A stretch of 64,000 nt of DNA from positions 1 through 64,000 of the IMG/VR virus record IMGVR_UViG_3300032291_001823. One strand, written 5' to 3'. The notes under the pieces are model-generated. The model worked only from the letters and a program-made list of their open reading frames with translations, searched no databases and had not been told where the DNA came from. Source of the stretch: a virus. Both the position numbers and the translations under genes were made by a program. Positions within the stretch are counted from its first letter, which is position 1. Each line of letters opens with the position of its first letter. This document shows, piece after piece, positions 37,836 to 49,200 of the stretch.

Positions 37836-40517
37836 ATGAAAGCAAAAATGCTCAAAATTGCTGGTGTTAAGTCTGAAGCTGAGTTCTACAAGAAGTTTCC
37901 TACAGAGGAAGCATTTATGGCTAAGCATGGCAAAGCTTTTAGCAAAGCTCAAAAAGGAATCAAACTGAGTGATCCTGATGTATCATCTGGTTTGAAAAAT
38001 ATTATAGAAGGGTCTATTCAACTGAAAGAGGATATAGCTAATGTGAAGAAGGCAAAGCAGTATGGTAAGATTGCTGAACTTGCACAGAAAGCTGTTCGAA
38101 AACCAGAGGTTCCCAGAAGAAGATATATTAGACCAGAAGATACAATGGTTAATCCTATGAATCCTATGGGATCTGGAGCAGACTTCCTTCAGATGGAAAT
38201 GGGAGGAAATGTTACAGAAATTCAAAATATGTACAATCCTGGAGACATTTATTCTGACATGGGATATGAGCCTCTTGATGATAGTAATATAAAACAATAC
38301 GATGATGGAGGAAAACTTTTTGGATTAAATTCTAAAGAATCTGGTCAACTTGGTGGAGGTCTTGGAAGTCTTATTGGTGGTGGATCAGGAAGACCTTCTG
38401 GAGCAAGTCAAGTTGGAAGTGGCGTGGGTAGCATAGCAGGAATGGCAATTGGTGGTCCTCTTGGAGCAGCAATAGGTAGTGCTCTTGGAGGAGCAGTTGG
38501 AGGACTTATTGGAGGCGGTCAAGAAAAGAAAATAAAAGAACAAGAAAAGAAAATAGGAAACCTTGCTTTTCAAAGTGGTGTTGTAGGATTGCAAGATTCA
38601 ATGTCAGCATACATGAAGAATGGTGGTTGGGTTTCTAATGATTGGCAACCACAAGTGATTGCAAAGTTTGGAGAGTATGACGTTAAAGATTTGCTGAAAG
38701 CTCCAAATGATGCAGACATGCTTAGGTCTGGTGGTCATCTTAAAGACTACACAGCTCCTAGTGCAAGAGCTATGTCTACAGAAAGACCTGATTTTCAAAT
38801 GGGTGGAGAGCTTCAAACTTATTGGGGTGGATATGCAGAACCTATTTCTCAAAATCCTTATTTACCTGATGGTGGTGAAACTGTAATGTTTAGAGGACAG
38901 TCTCACGATGAATCTGATGGACAAGGAAGAACAGGAATTGGAATCACCTATGGTGACAATCCTGTAGAAGTTGAAAGGGGTGAACCTGCTGTAAAACTTA
39001 GAGATGGAGGTAGTAATGAAGAAAACCTTGTTGTATTTGGTAATATGAAGATTCCTTCCTACGGAGTTAGTGAGTTGGATGATCCTAAAGCAAAAGGTAT
39101 GAAGTTTAAAACATATACAGCAGGCTTGAGTAAAATTGAAAACAAAGCAAATAAAACAACTGACAAGGCTTTGAAACTTTTAGAAGATACTGACACAGAT
39201 AGTGCTTTTGATCTTCTGTCAATTTCTACAGCTAAAGCAATGTTAAAAGGATCTGACATGAAACTTAAAGATGCAGCTATGAAAAAACAAACAGCTGCTA
39301 GTATACAAAGTGCAATATTAGATACAGCAGAAGAAATGGGAGTTGAAAGTGATTCTCTTTCTAGAGGAAAAATCAAATCTGCTAAATCTGGAGGTAAGTT
39401 TACATCTGCTCAGGTGGGAATTAATCAACCTTTGACACCAATCCCTCCTGTAAATACATATTATCAAATTCCAGTTAGAGAAAATCAACTTCTTAAAACA
39501 ACTGCTGCTGTACAAGAGTTGGTTAAACAACAGCAACAACAACAAGTAAAAAAAGCTGCACCAAAATCTAAAGTTACAAAAGCTCCTGCTATATCAGCTC
39601 CTATAAAAGATAGACTTTTTGCACCAGTAGCACCTATAAAAAGAGACATACCAAAACTTCCAGCTATTAGTTCTACTATTGATCCAGAAATTTCAAAACG
39701 TGTAATTTCTGATTTAGAAAATCTTAAATTATCTAAACCAGGTGAGCCAGAAGATGAGTTTGATATGTCAGATTTTCTACAAATGGTAAACCCTTATTTA
39801 AGACCTGGTATACAAAATCGTTTAGACCCAGGTCAACTTGCTCCAGAGATGTTTGCTCTTTCAGCAAATCAACTTGAGCCAGTACAAGCCCAACTCTACA
39901 CACCTCTTCTTGAGGAAGTAAGTAGAATCTCTTTACAAGACCAGCTTAATGAAATACAAGCTGAGGCAAATGCTGCTAGAAGAATGGTTGGTGGTAATCC
40001 AGCAGCTCAAGCAGCTATAGCAGCTCAAGCAGCATCTGCTAAGAACAAAGTGCTTGGTGAACAATTTAGAGTTAATCAAGCAATGGAAATGGAGTCTCGT
40101 AGAAGAAACTTAGCTACATTGAATGATGCCACTCTTAAGAACCTTGGTATTCTTGATCAACAATATCAAAGGCAGTCTCAGGCTAAATCTGCTACAAAAG
40201 CACAAGCATTCACTGCTCTTAGTTCAATTGCTGATAAGATTGCAAAGAATAAAGCTGAAACTCTGAGCACAAATGTAATGGCAAACATGTATCCACAATA
40301 CACGTTTGGTCCTAATGGTAGAGTGTTTAACACTGGTTTGACAGAATTTAATATTCCTCAAGTTGGTGCCACATCAACCACAAAAGATAGTAAAGGAAAT
40401 GATCTTATTCCTATATATGGAAAAGACAATAATATTACAGGATATAGGGTGAAAGAGGATCCTAAGCCTAAAAAAGGAAGAAACGGTTCTATCGTAAAAG
40501 CAATAAAAAATCTATAA
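37836..40517 (+). CDS. cargo/ejection protein with glycine-zipper TM segment
   Basis: Start moved to ATG 37836. GSGVGSIAGMAIGGPLGAAIGSALGGAVGGLIGG; GQSHDE...VEVERGE motif; coiled-coil C-region; about 9 xQxGG motifs. Confidence 0.7.
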   Translation: MKAKMLKIAGVKSEAEFYKKFPTEEAFMAKHGKAFSKAQKGIKLSDPDVSSGLKNIIEGSIQLKEDIANVKKAKQYGKIAELAQKAVRKPEVPRRRYIRPEDTMVNPMNPMGSGADFLQMEMGGNVTEIQNMYNPGDIYSDMGYEPLDDSNIKQYDDGGKLFGLNSKESGQLGGGLGSLIGGGSGRPSGASQVGSGVGSIAGMAIGGPLGAAIGSALGGAVGGLIGGGQEKKIKEQEKKIGNLAFQSGVVGLQDSMSAYMKNGGWVSNDWQPQVIAKFGEYDVKDLLKAPNDADMLRSGGHLKDYTAPSARAMSTERPDFQMGGELQTYWGGYAEPISQNPYLPDGGETVMFRGQSHDESDGQGRTGIGITYGDNPVEVERGEPAVKLRDGGSNEENLVVFGNMKIPSYGVSELDDPKAKGMKFKTYTAGLSKIENKANKTTDKALKLLEDTDTDSAFDLLSISTAKAMLKGSDMKLKDAAMKKQTAASIQSAILDTAEEMGVESDSLSRGKIKSAKSGGKFTSAQVGINQPLTPIPPVNTYYQIPVRENQLLKTTAAVQELVKQQQQQQVKKAAPKSKVTKAPAISAPIKDRLFAPVAPIKRDIPKLPAISSTIDPEISKRVISDLENLKLSKPGEPEDEFDMSDFLQMVNPYLRPGIQNRLDPGQLAPEMFALSANQLEPVQAQLYTPLLEEVSRISLQDQLNEIQAEANAARRMVGGNPAAQAAIAAQAASAKNKVLGEQFRVNQAMEMESRRRNLATLNDATLKNLGILDQQYQRQSQAKSATKAQAFTALSSIADKIAKNKAETLSTNVMANMYPQYTFGPNGRVFNTGLTEFNIPQVGATSTTKDSKGNDLIPIYGKDNNITGYRVKEDPKPKKGRNGSIVKAIKNL

Positions 40518-40558
40518 CTGATTCAGTTATACCAACTTACCAAGTTTCGTTATGATGT

Positions 40559-40590
40559 CTTGGTTATTATAATATATTAAATTACATTTG
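40559..40590 (+). promoter_or_regulatory. Bacteroidota-type promoter
   Basis: CTTG 40559-62, 20-nt spacer, TACATTTG 40583-90; ATG at 40606. Confidence 0.6.
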
Positions 40591-40605
40591 CTAACTTAAC
40601 ATATC

Positions 40606-43248
40606 ATGGCTTCATTTACTGACCAAATAATGCAATTTAACCCATACGTTCAGCAATTGCCTGTTGAGGCAATGGCTAAAGTGGGTATGTATAAACAACA
40701 GAAGTATGAAGAAGGGGTACAGAAAATCCAAAGCTATATAGATAATGTGGCTGGATTGGATGTTGTTAAACCATTACATAAACAATATCTTCAATCCAAG
40801 CTTGATGAGCTTGGAGGAAAACTGAAGAGCGTAGCTGCTGGAGACTTCTCAAACTTCCAATTAGTTAACTCTGTAGGAGGAATGGCTACACAAATTGCAA
40901 AAGACCCCACAGTACAAAATGCAGTAGCATCAACTCAATATGTAAGAAAAGGACAGCAAGATATGGAGACTGCTAGAAAAGCAGGTAAATCTTCTGTACA
41001 AAACGAAGCATGGTTTAATAATAAAATAAACGGATGGTTAAATAACAATGACATAAATGCTTCTTTTTCGGACTATTATGTTGAATATACAGATATTGAA
41101 AAGAAGCTTAGGGATGTTGCAAAAGATGTCCACGAATACGATCGATCTATAGAAATGCCTTTCCAAAGAGATAATGGTGGCAATATTTTATATTTTGATA
41201 AAAATGGTAATGTTACAACTCCAGACAAAGGGCAGAGTAGGATTGATGAAGTGCTGCTAAAAACTAAAGTTAAAGGGAAATCTGCTCAAAAGATTCTTGA
41301 TAACTTTTACAGTAGTATTGATGAGAATGATAAAAGACAATTGAATATTGACGGTTGGTATCATTATAGAGGATACACTGGAGACTCGTTTAAACAAAAA
41401 ATAACAAGTGATATAACTTCTTCATACAATATGAAGAAAGACATACTATCAAAAGAAATTGTCAAGATATCAACAGAGCTCTCTGGAAATTCTAAGCTTA
41501 CAAAGGAACAAAGAAATGCTCTTACAGCAAAGATGAACGAGTATACAGATCTTGTAAACAAAGGTGGAATAGATAAAGAGCTTAGTGAGAAACTTAGTGA
41601 TATTGGTAGAATTAGCGATGATGAACTTAAGGGTTCAGTTTACATGGAAAAAACATTAAATAAACTGGCCACTGATATTTCCTACCAAGATATAGAAACA
41701 GAATATAAAGACAACCCTTACTTCAATGCATTGATGAAGAAGAAGGATTTAGCATTTAAATATTCAGAAGCTGTTAGAGACCAGAAGAATAAAGATAGAG
41801 ATTACGGGTTAAGTCTAGAAAGACTTAATATAGAAAAATTCAAGTTAACAAAAGATGCTGCTGGTAAAGATATTATATTCGAAAACTTAGGAACATCTAC
41901 AGATAAAACTCTTCCTACACTTGGGGATTTGCAAAATGGCATCACTGGTCTTGATGACGAAATGCAAAAGTTTAAACGAGAGAACGCTCCTTTTGTTATT
42001 TCAGGATATAACGAGATGAATGATGTTCAGAAAAGAGAGGCAATGAATAGCCTAGTTGATCAATACCTAGCAAACCCATCAAGCATCACTGATAATAACA
42101 AAAGAAAAATTCTTGATCAGTGGATTGGTATGCAAACTGATATGACTAGGAGAATGAGCAATTATGTAAACATTACACAAAAGGCAAAACCTTTTGACGA
42201 CGCAATTAATAATATTGCAGACTCTCTTCCTGGATATGTAAAAAATGGTACACAAATATATAGTGCTAAAGAAATCAGAAGTATAACTAGTGATATTAAT
42301 AGATTTACTTCTTCTTTACAATTAAACAAATTTGGAGTTCCTATTGGAGGTGGGGTGACAGATTGGGGTAAAATGAAACAAGCATACGCTAATTCAAAAT
42401 ATCTTCCAATAATTAATGTTATTGAGAAAAGACAAAAAAGTGGATTGGCATCATTAGTTGGTGAAGAAATGGAGATTGCAAAAACACTTGATAATATTCG
42501 TAGTCAAGTTAGAGAGAAATCAGCTAAGATTTCAAAAGATAAAGATAATTTTATTAATACAGAACTTGGAAAAATAATGCCTCAGTATCAAGATGAAGTT
42601 GGTACATTGGATAAAGAAGATAAGGTTACAATGGGAAAAGTTGATAATCTTATTGGTAACATGTATGGGATAGCAAGTCAACTTGGTGGAAAGATTGATT
42701 CTGAAAAGTTTGACCCTGCCACCATAACAGCATGGAGAACAGGTAAGCAAGCTAGTGATTTAAAATATGTTGTAAAGAGAAAAGCTGATATGTCTCAAGG
42801 AACTCTTCAAATATTTAATGGAAACGAAGTTCAAGAGATTCCACTTAACTCTAAACAACTAGGTAGATATTTTCCACAAGCAGCTAAAGGACATCCTCTA
42901 GATAGTGCGAAATATATGGTAATGAGTTCTCCTACAAAAACAACAAACGCAGCTGGAGTAGTTGATGGTGGACCATCTGGAGCATTAAATGCTGCATTTA
43001 CAGGAGATCAGCTTCCGCTATTGGCAGGAAGTAAATATTCAAGTTTGGTAAGATTTGACATTGAAGGCGCTTCTGACAACGATGGTGGAGACGACGATCT
43101 ATACCAAATTAGAATGTATGTAAATGATAATGGTATTTGGAAAGATGATGTTGTGAACAAAGAGGGCTTTGCAAAATTAGATGGTGTATTTGCAATTATG
43201 CAAAACATTGGTACAAAGAAATATCAAGAAATAAAAGATAGCAAATAA
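40606..43248 (+). CDS. cargo/internal virion protein
   Basis: FNPYVQQLPVEAM...QQKYE N-terminus typical of the gene preceding crAss vRNAP; TAATG-coupled to it. Confidence 0.65.
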   Translation: MASFTDQIMQFNPYVQQLPVEAMAKVGMYKQQKYEEGVQKIQSYIDNVAGLDVVKPLHKQYLQSKLDELGGKLKSVAAGDFSNFQLVNSVGGMATQIAKDPTVQNAVASTQYVRKGQQDMETARKAGKSSVQNEAWFNNKINGWLNNNDINASFSDYYVEYTDIEKKLRDVAKDVHEYDRSIEMPFQRDNGGNILYFDKNGNVTTPDKGQSRIDEVLLKTKVKGKSAQKILDNFYSSIDENDKRQLNIDGWYHYRGYTGDSFKQKITSDITSSYNMKKDILSKEIVKISTELSGNSKLTKEQRNALTAKMNEYTDLVNKGGIDKELSEKLSDIGRISDDELKGSVYMEKTLNKLATDISYQDIETEYKDNPYFNALMKKKDLAFKYSEAVRDQKNKDRDYGLSLERLNIEKFKLTKDAAGKDIIFENLGTSTDKTLPTLGDLQNGITGLDDEMQKFKRENAPFVISGYNEMNDVQKREAMNSLVDQYLANPSSITDNNKRKILDQWIGMQTDMTRRMSNYVNITQKAKPFDDAINNIADSLPGYVKNGTQIYSAKEIRSITSDINRFTSSLQLNKFGVPIGGGVTDWGKMKQAYANSKYLPIINVIEKRQKSGLASLVGEEMEIAKTLDNIRSQVREKSAKISKDKDNFINTELGKIMPQYQDEVGTLDKEDKVTMGKVDNLIGNMYGIASQLGGKIDSEKFDPATITAWRTGKQASDLKYVVKRKADMSQGTLQIFNGNEVQEIPLNSKQLGRYFPQAAKGHPLDSAKYMVMSSPTKTTNAAGVVDGGPSGALNAAFTGDQLPLLAGSKYSSLVRFDIEGASDNDGGDDDLYQIRMYVNDNGIWKDDVVNKEGFAKLDGVFAIMQNIGTKKYQEIKDSK

Positions 43249-46200
43249 TGGCAATTTTTAAAGAAGAGTTGATAACAAACACTCCTTTAGAAGGAGATCC
43301 TATTCCGCAACTTGCATTAGGTACTCCTCAATTAAGTGCTATGCCCACACTTCCAAATATTGAAGTTAGTGGAGGCTCTGTAAATAAATCTATAGAGGGT
43401 CTTGACTCTTCTCAATTATCAAAGCTTGCAAAACTTCCTGGACAAGGTGGTGGTGCTAATCTTATTCCGTTAAGTGAAGTGGCAGCTAACAAAAGATACA
43501 ACACTTATGTTAGAGGGATGGATCTTGAGAATATTTATGGAATGCAACAATCTGCATGGGCACAATTGGGAAATAGTGCTGTGAAAATGGCAGGATTGGC
43601 TGCAGGTACATTTGCTCAAAGTTTTGCTACAATTCCTAATACTATTTCTGCTTTTAAAAATGGTACAGCTGCTTTATCTGGAGGACCAGATAGTTATGAA
43701 GCTGCAATAGATGATTGGACAAAAAATCTAGAAGACTATTTTCCTAACTACTACACTAGAAAAGAAAAAGAAAATCCATATCTAGCAATAGTTCCTTTCA
43801 TGCCTGGAAGTGCTAATTTCTGGGGTGATAAAATTATTAAGAATCTTGGTTTTACAGCAGGAGCTATTGGTGGAGCTCTTGTACAAGATGCAATTATTGG
43901 AGCTGCTACAGAAGGAATTGGAGCTGCTCCATTGGTGGCATCTCAACTTGGTAAAGCTTCTTTGTGGTTAAATAAACTTTACGCTGGTAGTACAAAAGTA
44001 GATAAGGTTTTAGATCTTGCAAAAACTGTTGGAAAAACTGAACAACAAATTCTAAACATTAAACGTTTAGGAGAGATTGCTGCTGGAACAAAAGTAACAA
44101 ACGGATTTAGATATGGAATGGGCATATATGGCTCTTCTAGAACTGAAGCTGCAATTGAGGCTCGTGATGGATATAGGCAAGTGAAGGATGAGTTGATTAA
44201 AGAATATAAAAGTCAAAATCCTGGAAAAGAACCAATTAGTTCTGATTTAGAAGAAATTGAAAAATATGCAACAGATGCAATGAATACCAGATTTGGTATT
44301 AACATGGCACTACTGACAGTATCCAATGCTGTTCAGTTTGGAAACTTGTTTAAATCATTTACATCTGCTCAAAAAGGAATTAGCGGACAGCTCACAAGAG
44401 ATATAGACGAGGTTGGTAAAATTGGACTTAAGGAAGGATCGCTTGACTTGTTTGAAAGAAAAGGTGCTCAAACACTTTCTGGAAAAATCTGGGAGTCTGT
44501 ACAACCTAAATTGCCAAACATTCTGTCAGAAGGTGTATATGAGGAAGGTGGTCAATATGCTGCAGAAAAAGGAACTTATGATTATTTTACAAGAAAGTAT
44601 AAAAATCTTTCAAACCCATTATACAAAGATAACTGGAGCACCACTGTTGAAGCAGTTAATTCTACAGTGAAGGGACTAAAAGATCAATTTGGAACAGACG
44701 AAGGATTGGAGAACATGATTGTTGGTGCAATCAGCGCAATGATTAGTGGTGGAATAATGTCTAAAATTGATACAGTAAGAGGACAAGGATCTGATGAACG
44801 TTTGCAAAGTTCTATAAACATTCTCAATCAATATGGTCTCACTGGAGTGTTGAGTAGTAATTTTGAAAACACTTTGAACTCAGCTGGCATTGCTAAAGAG
44901 ATGGATGAGGCTGTAAAAGCTAATGACGTCTTTAAATATAAAAATCTTAAGAACGACATGTTCATCAACTTTGTACAATCACGTATTCCTTCAGGAATGC
45001 ATGAGGTTACAATTGAACAGTTGAGGATGTTGAAAGATTTGGATAAAGCTGAGTTTGAGAAGTCATTTGGTATGGACTTCAATTCTTCCAATAAGTCCAC
45101 TGTAAATGAATATGTAGATTCATTAATTGATGAAGCTAATCAAATTAAGAAGATTAGTGATTCAATTGATTTTACATTCAAGAATCCTTTCAAGAAGATA
45201 GACAACCCAACCACTACTGAAGAGGGAATTGAAACCTCACGTTTTAATGATTTCAATAAATGGAAAGCAGAGCTTACATTTCTTGCAGCAAAGATTCCAC
45301 ATGTAAATAACAGATTAGACTCTATACAACAAAGTGTCAATAGCATTAGTCCTATTGTTACAAATGATTTGCTTTCTCAATTAACAAACAAAGAGTCTCT
45401 TAAAGATCTTAGCACATCTTATGAGGAAAAAGCCAATCAGTTAAATAAAACTATTACAGAGTTTACATCTATACAGGATAAGAAAAGAATAAACAATCAG
45501 GTTAAGGCATTACGTACAGCTTCTGAAAGAATCAATCTTGGTTTGACAAATGGTGTAGATGGTAAATTATTTGATTATCTACTCAACTTTGAGCTCAATA
45601 ATCAAGACCCAACTGCTAGCAGACAAGTTGGTCCAGAGAATACCACTGACTTATTCACTTATGGTCATGACATTAATAGGCTCAACTCTCTGAAAGATGA
45701 TGTGTCTGAATTATACGACAATCTCACAGGCGAAAAAGGATTTAACAAATTCATGGACCAAGGAGAGCAGCTTCGTTCTGGTGCTATTCCTGAGGAAGAA
45801 GATAAAGAAGAAAAAGAGATTGTTGTAAAAGAAGGTCCTCAGTTTACAAATAAAGCTGGTGTTAAAGAAACATTTGAAGAGGGTAGAGAATATCAAATTC
45901 CTGCAGGAAAGAAAGCTAAAATTGATAAGATTGCTGATGATAGGTGGCAAGTGACTGCACCTGATGGTAACATCACCTTTTATGAATCTGAGGAAAAAGC
46001 AAAAGAACAAGTTGATTCTATAAATGAAGAATTTGGTAATCTTCAGAAAGCAAAGGTGATTGCTATCAATCCTGATGGTACACTGAAGGTGGAAGATATA
46101 AATGGTGACATATATAATGTCGATCCATCCAAGTTTGAGGGGTATGAAAAGGTAGAAACTGAGCAGGAGAAACTGCAGAAGTTTAAACAAGATGTAGAAG

Positions 46201-49200
46201 AAGATCAAAAAGATATAGAACATACATCTGGAACAATAGCTTCCAAAGAAAATACAGCAAAAACAAAAGCTGAGTTTGATGTAGAGAGTAAGAAGAAAGG
46301 AATTGAATGGTTATTTATATCAACTAGTGGTGCGTCTGAAGACTGGGAATCAGGTAAACTTAGTCCTAGTCAGCAACGTGCTATTACACTTAGGAACAAT
46401 TACAGAAACCTTCCTAACAGAAACAACCTCAGAATAATCCTTGTTACACAGAATCAAGAAAACTCTCTTGGTTTATCTGGACTGACAGCAATGTCAATGG
46501 CTAACACTGGTGTAGATTCTTCTACATACACAGACTTGAATGATGGATTTGTTGGTGCAGTGTATGTTGAACAAGATGGGGCTGATGTATATTTTGTAGA
46601 TAAGAGTGGTAAGAAACTTGGAAAGGTTGGTGATCCTGTGGACATTAATCAAGTGGTATTTGATACAATGCCTACAACAAGTCTTACATGGAGTGATAAA
46701 GAAAATAGGTATAGAGCTGGAGATGAGGATAAGGCACAAGAGTATTCAGATAGGTGGAAAGCAAAACGCAACCAACTGTTTAACACTCCAGAAGGAAAAT
46801 ATGAAATCTATAAGTTTTCTGTAAGCCCTGGTATTCCAGACATAGCAAACCTTAGCGATAACAACACTGTTGGTGAAACTCTTATTCCTGAAAATGAGAT
46901 TGTTTACCAAGAAGGACTTGTTGTAATCCCTACAACAGGAAATATTCAACACCAAGGACGCAACCTTAAGTTTCCTGATGGTGTTCCTGTTTTCCAATAC
47001 AGAGATGTATTGACATTCCTCAAGACACGTAAGTTCACTAAAGCTGAAGCACGAACTATTTTTGAGGTGATGAAAAAGATGTCTGAAGACATCAAACAAA
47101 AACTTGACCAAGGAAAGAAAATAAAGAGCAACAAGAAGTATACAAGGTTCCTTCAAAATGTTCTTTATTGGAGGAAATCACCAAAGACAGATAAGAATCA
47201 GATATTCATTGACTATGATACAATGGATTTCTTCTTTGGTGGAAAGAGATATGATTTGACAAACCTTGGTGCAAGTGAGGCTGAAATTATAGATCAGCTT
47301 GAGAATCTCTACGCTAACATCAATAATGACTCTCTTACAAAAAACTTTAGTGAGAAGTTTAATGAATATTATATTGATGAGTCTAAAAATCTTGCAACAA
47401 GAACATGGGATAATTATCAGTCTTATCTGTTGTCTTCAAAGTATCCAGATGGGTCTAATAGGTCAGTGGTAGACATTCCTTTGACAACTCCTATTCAGAA
47501 ACCTACAGAGCTTAAGCCTTTTAATTTCAAACAAAAGTATTCCATTCTTGAGGGAGTGGAACTTCCTTCTATTGAAGTGAAGCCTGTTGTTAAACCAGAA
47601 GCTCCTACAGCACCTGCTCCTTCTGGAAAGAAGATAGGTGATTACACCGTAGATGGTGTAACGCAAAACGTATACCAACTTAAGAACGGTCCTGTTGGAT
47701 TTACAGCCACTATTAAGGATGGTGAAGTTTTTGTAGAGGTTGAATCTAATGACACAATAAAGAAAATTACTGATAATAAGGATGCTCTTAACAATACAAT
47801 AATTCCTTTATTAAAAGCAGAAAAGAAATTTGATGCTACAGAAAAAGACGAACAGCATGTTCTTGGTTTTGTTTCTCTCAAAATAGCAAACGATTTACAA
47901 AAACAATTGAATGCTTCAGTTGCTCCTACAACAGCAGCTGTATTGCAGCCTGATGTTTCTCCTCTTGCACAAGTGCAAGGAACAGCTAGGACAGAGCCTC
48001 TTACAACAGCAGTTTCTACAGATGCTAAGACTGATATAGAAGAAACTGGAAATCAGTTACAGGTTATTCAAATGATGACTCTTCGTATAAAGTCTTTGTC
48101 CAAAGAAGAAAGAGCTTTGATGGACAAATACTACGATGTACTAAATGCTGAAGGTTTAAGGAATGGAAAAGAGTTGTCTGAACTGTATTATAAAGTTAAA
48201 AAAGACGGTAGTAATCCTGAGCTAGTAAAGAAGGTAGATGAGTTTCTTTCAGAAGTTAAGAAACTTCAAGCAGCTCCTGCTGTTACAGATGTTAAACCAA
48301 CTACTCAGTTTACTCAATCTTTTGGAGCCTTTACTGTCTATGAAGGAAGTGACGGATCATATGATGTACAAGATAATACTGGTGAAGGCATAATAGCTGA
48401 GTATGTTAAAACAAAAGAAGAGGCTATACTCATAGCTAAGCGAGCTGATATAGAGAAAAGAAAACAAGAAGAGATAAAACAAAAAGCTCCATACGTTTTA
48501 ATAAAAGGAAGCTATGAGGGAGAGAATAAGACAATCGGTACATTAACTTTCAAAAGTAATGTAGACAATATATATGCATACGATGAAGGAAGTACAAACA
48601 TATCTAAAGACGCACTAAGAGGTGATAAGAGACTTTCAAAAATAACTAAAGAACAATACGACGCTGCTATAAAAGCACCTGAGTTAATAAAAGAAATTGA
48701 GGCTGAATATAATGCAAAATTAGATGTCTTAGAAGGGATTAAACCTACTGCACCAACAAATTTTGGAGGAACTAAACCACCTCCTAATACAGAATATAGA
48801 AGAGTGGGTGCTGATGGAATAGAAAGAATTTCTAGTGAAGAGCTTGAGTTGTTCAAAGCTTGGGCTGCTGAAAAGGTTCCTACTATTCCATATACAGTGA
48901 TGGAGAATGTTCTTACAACACATGATGGTGAGAAAGCATGGGGTGCATTTGAAAATGGTGTTGCTAAGTTCTATAGGTCTGCAGCTAGAGGTACAGAATA
49001 TCATGAAATAGGAGAAGCTGTATGGAACGGTATGCTTTCTCCTGAAGAGCGTCAGGCTATTCTTGATGAAGAAAGACAAAAGTCTGGTAAGTTTAAAGAT
49101 AGACAATCAGGAAAAACTTATTCCTATGATGATCCAAATGTAACTGACCAGATGCTGAAGGAGAGAATCATGGATGATTTTGCTGAGTTTAGACTTGGTA

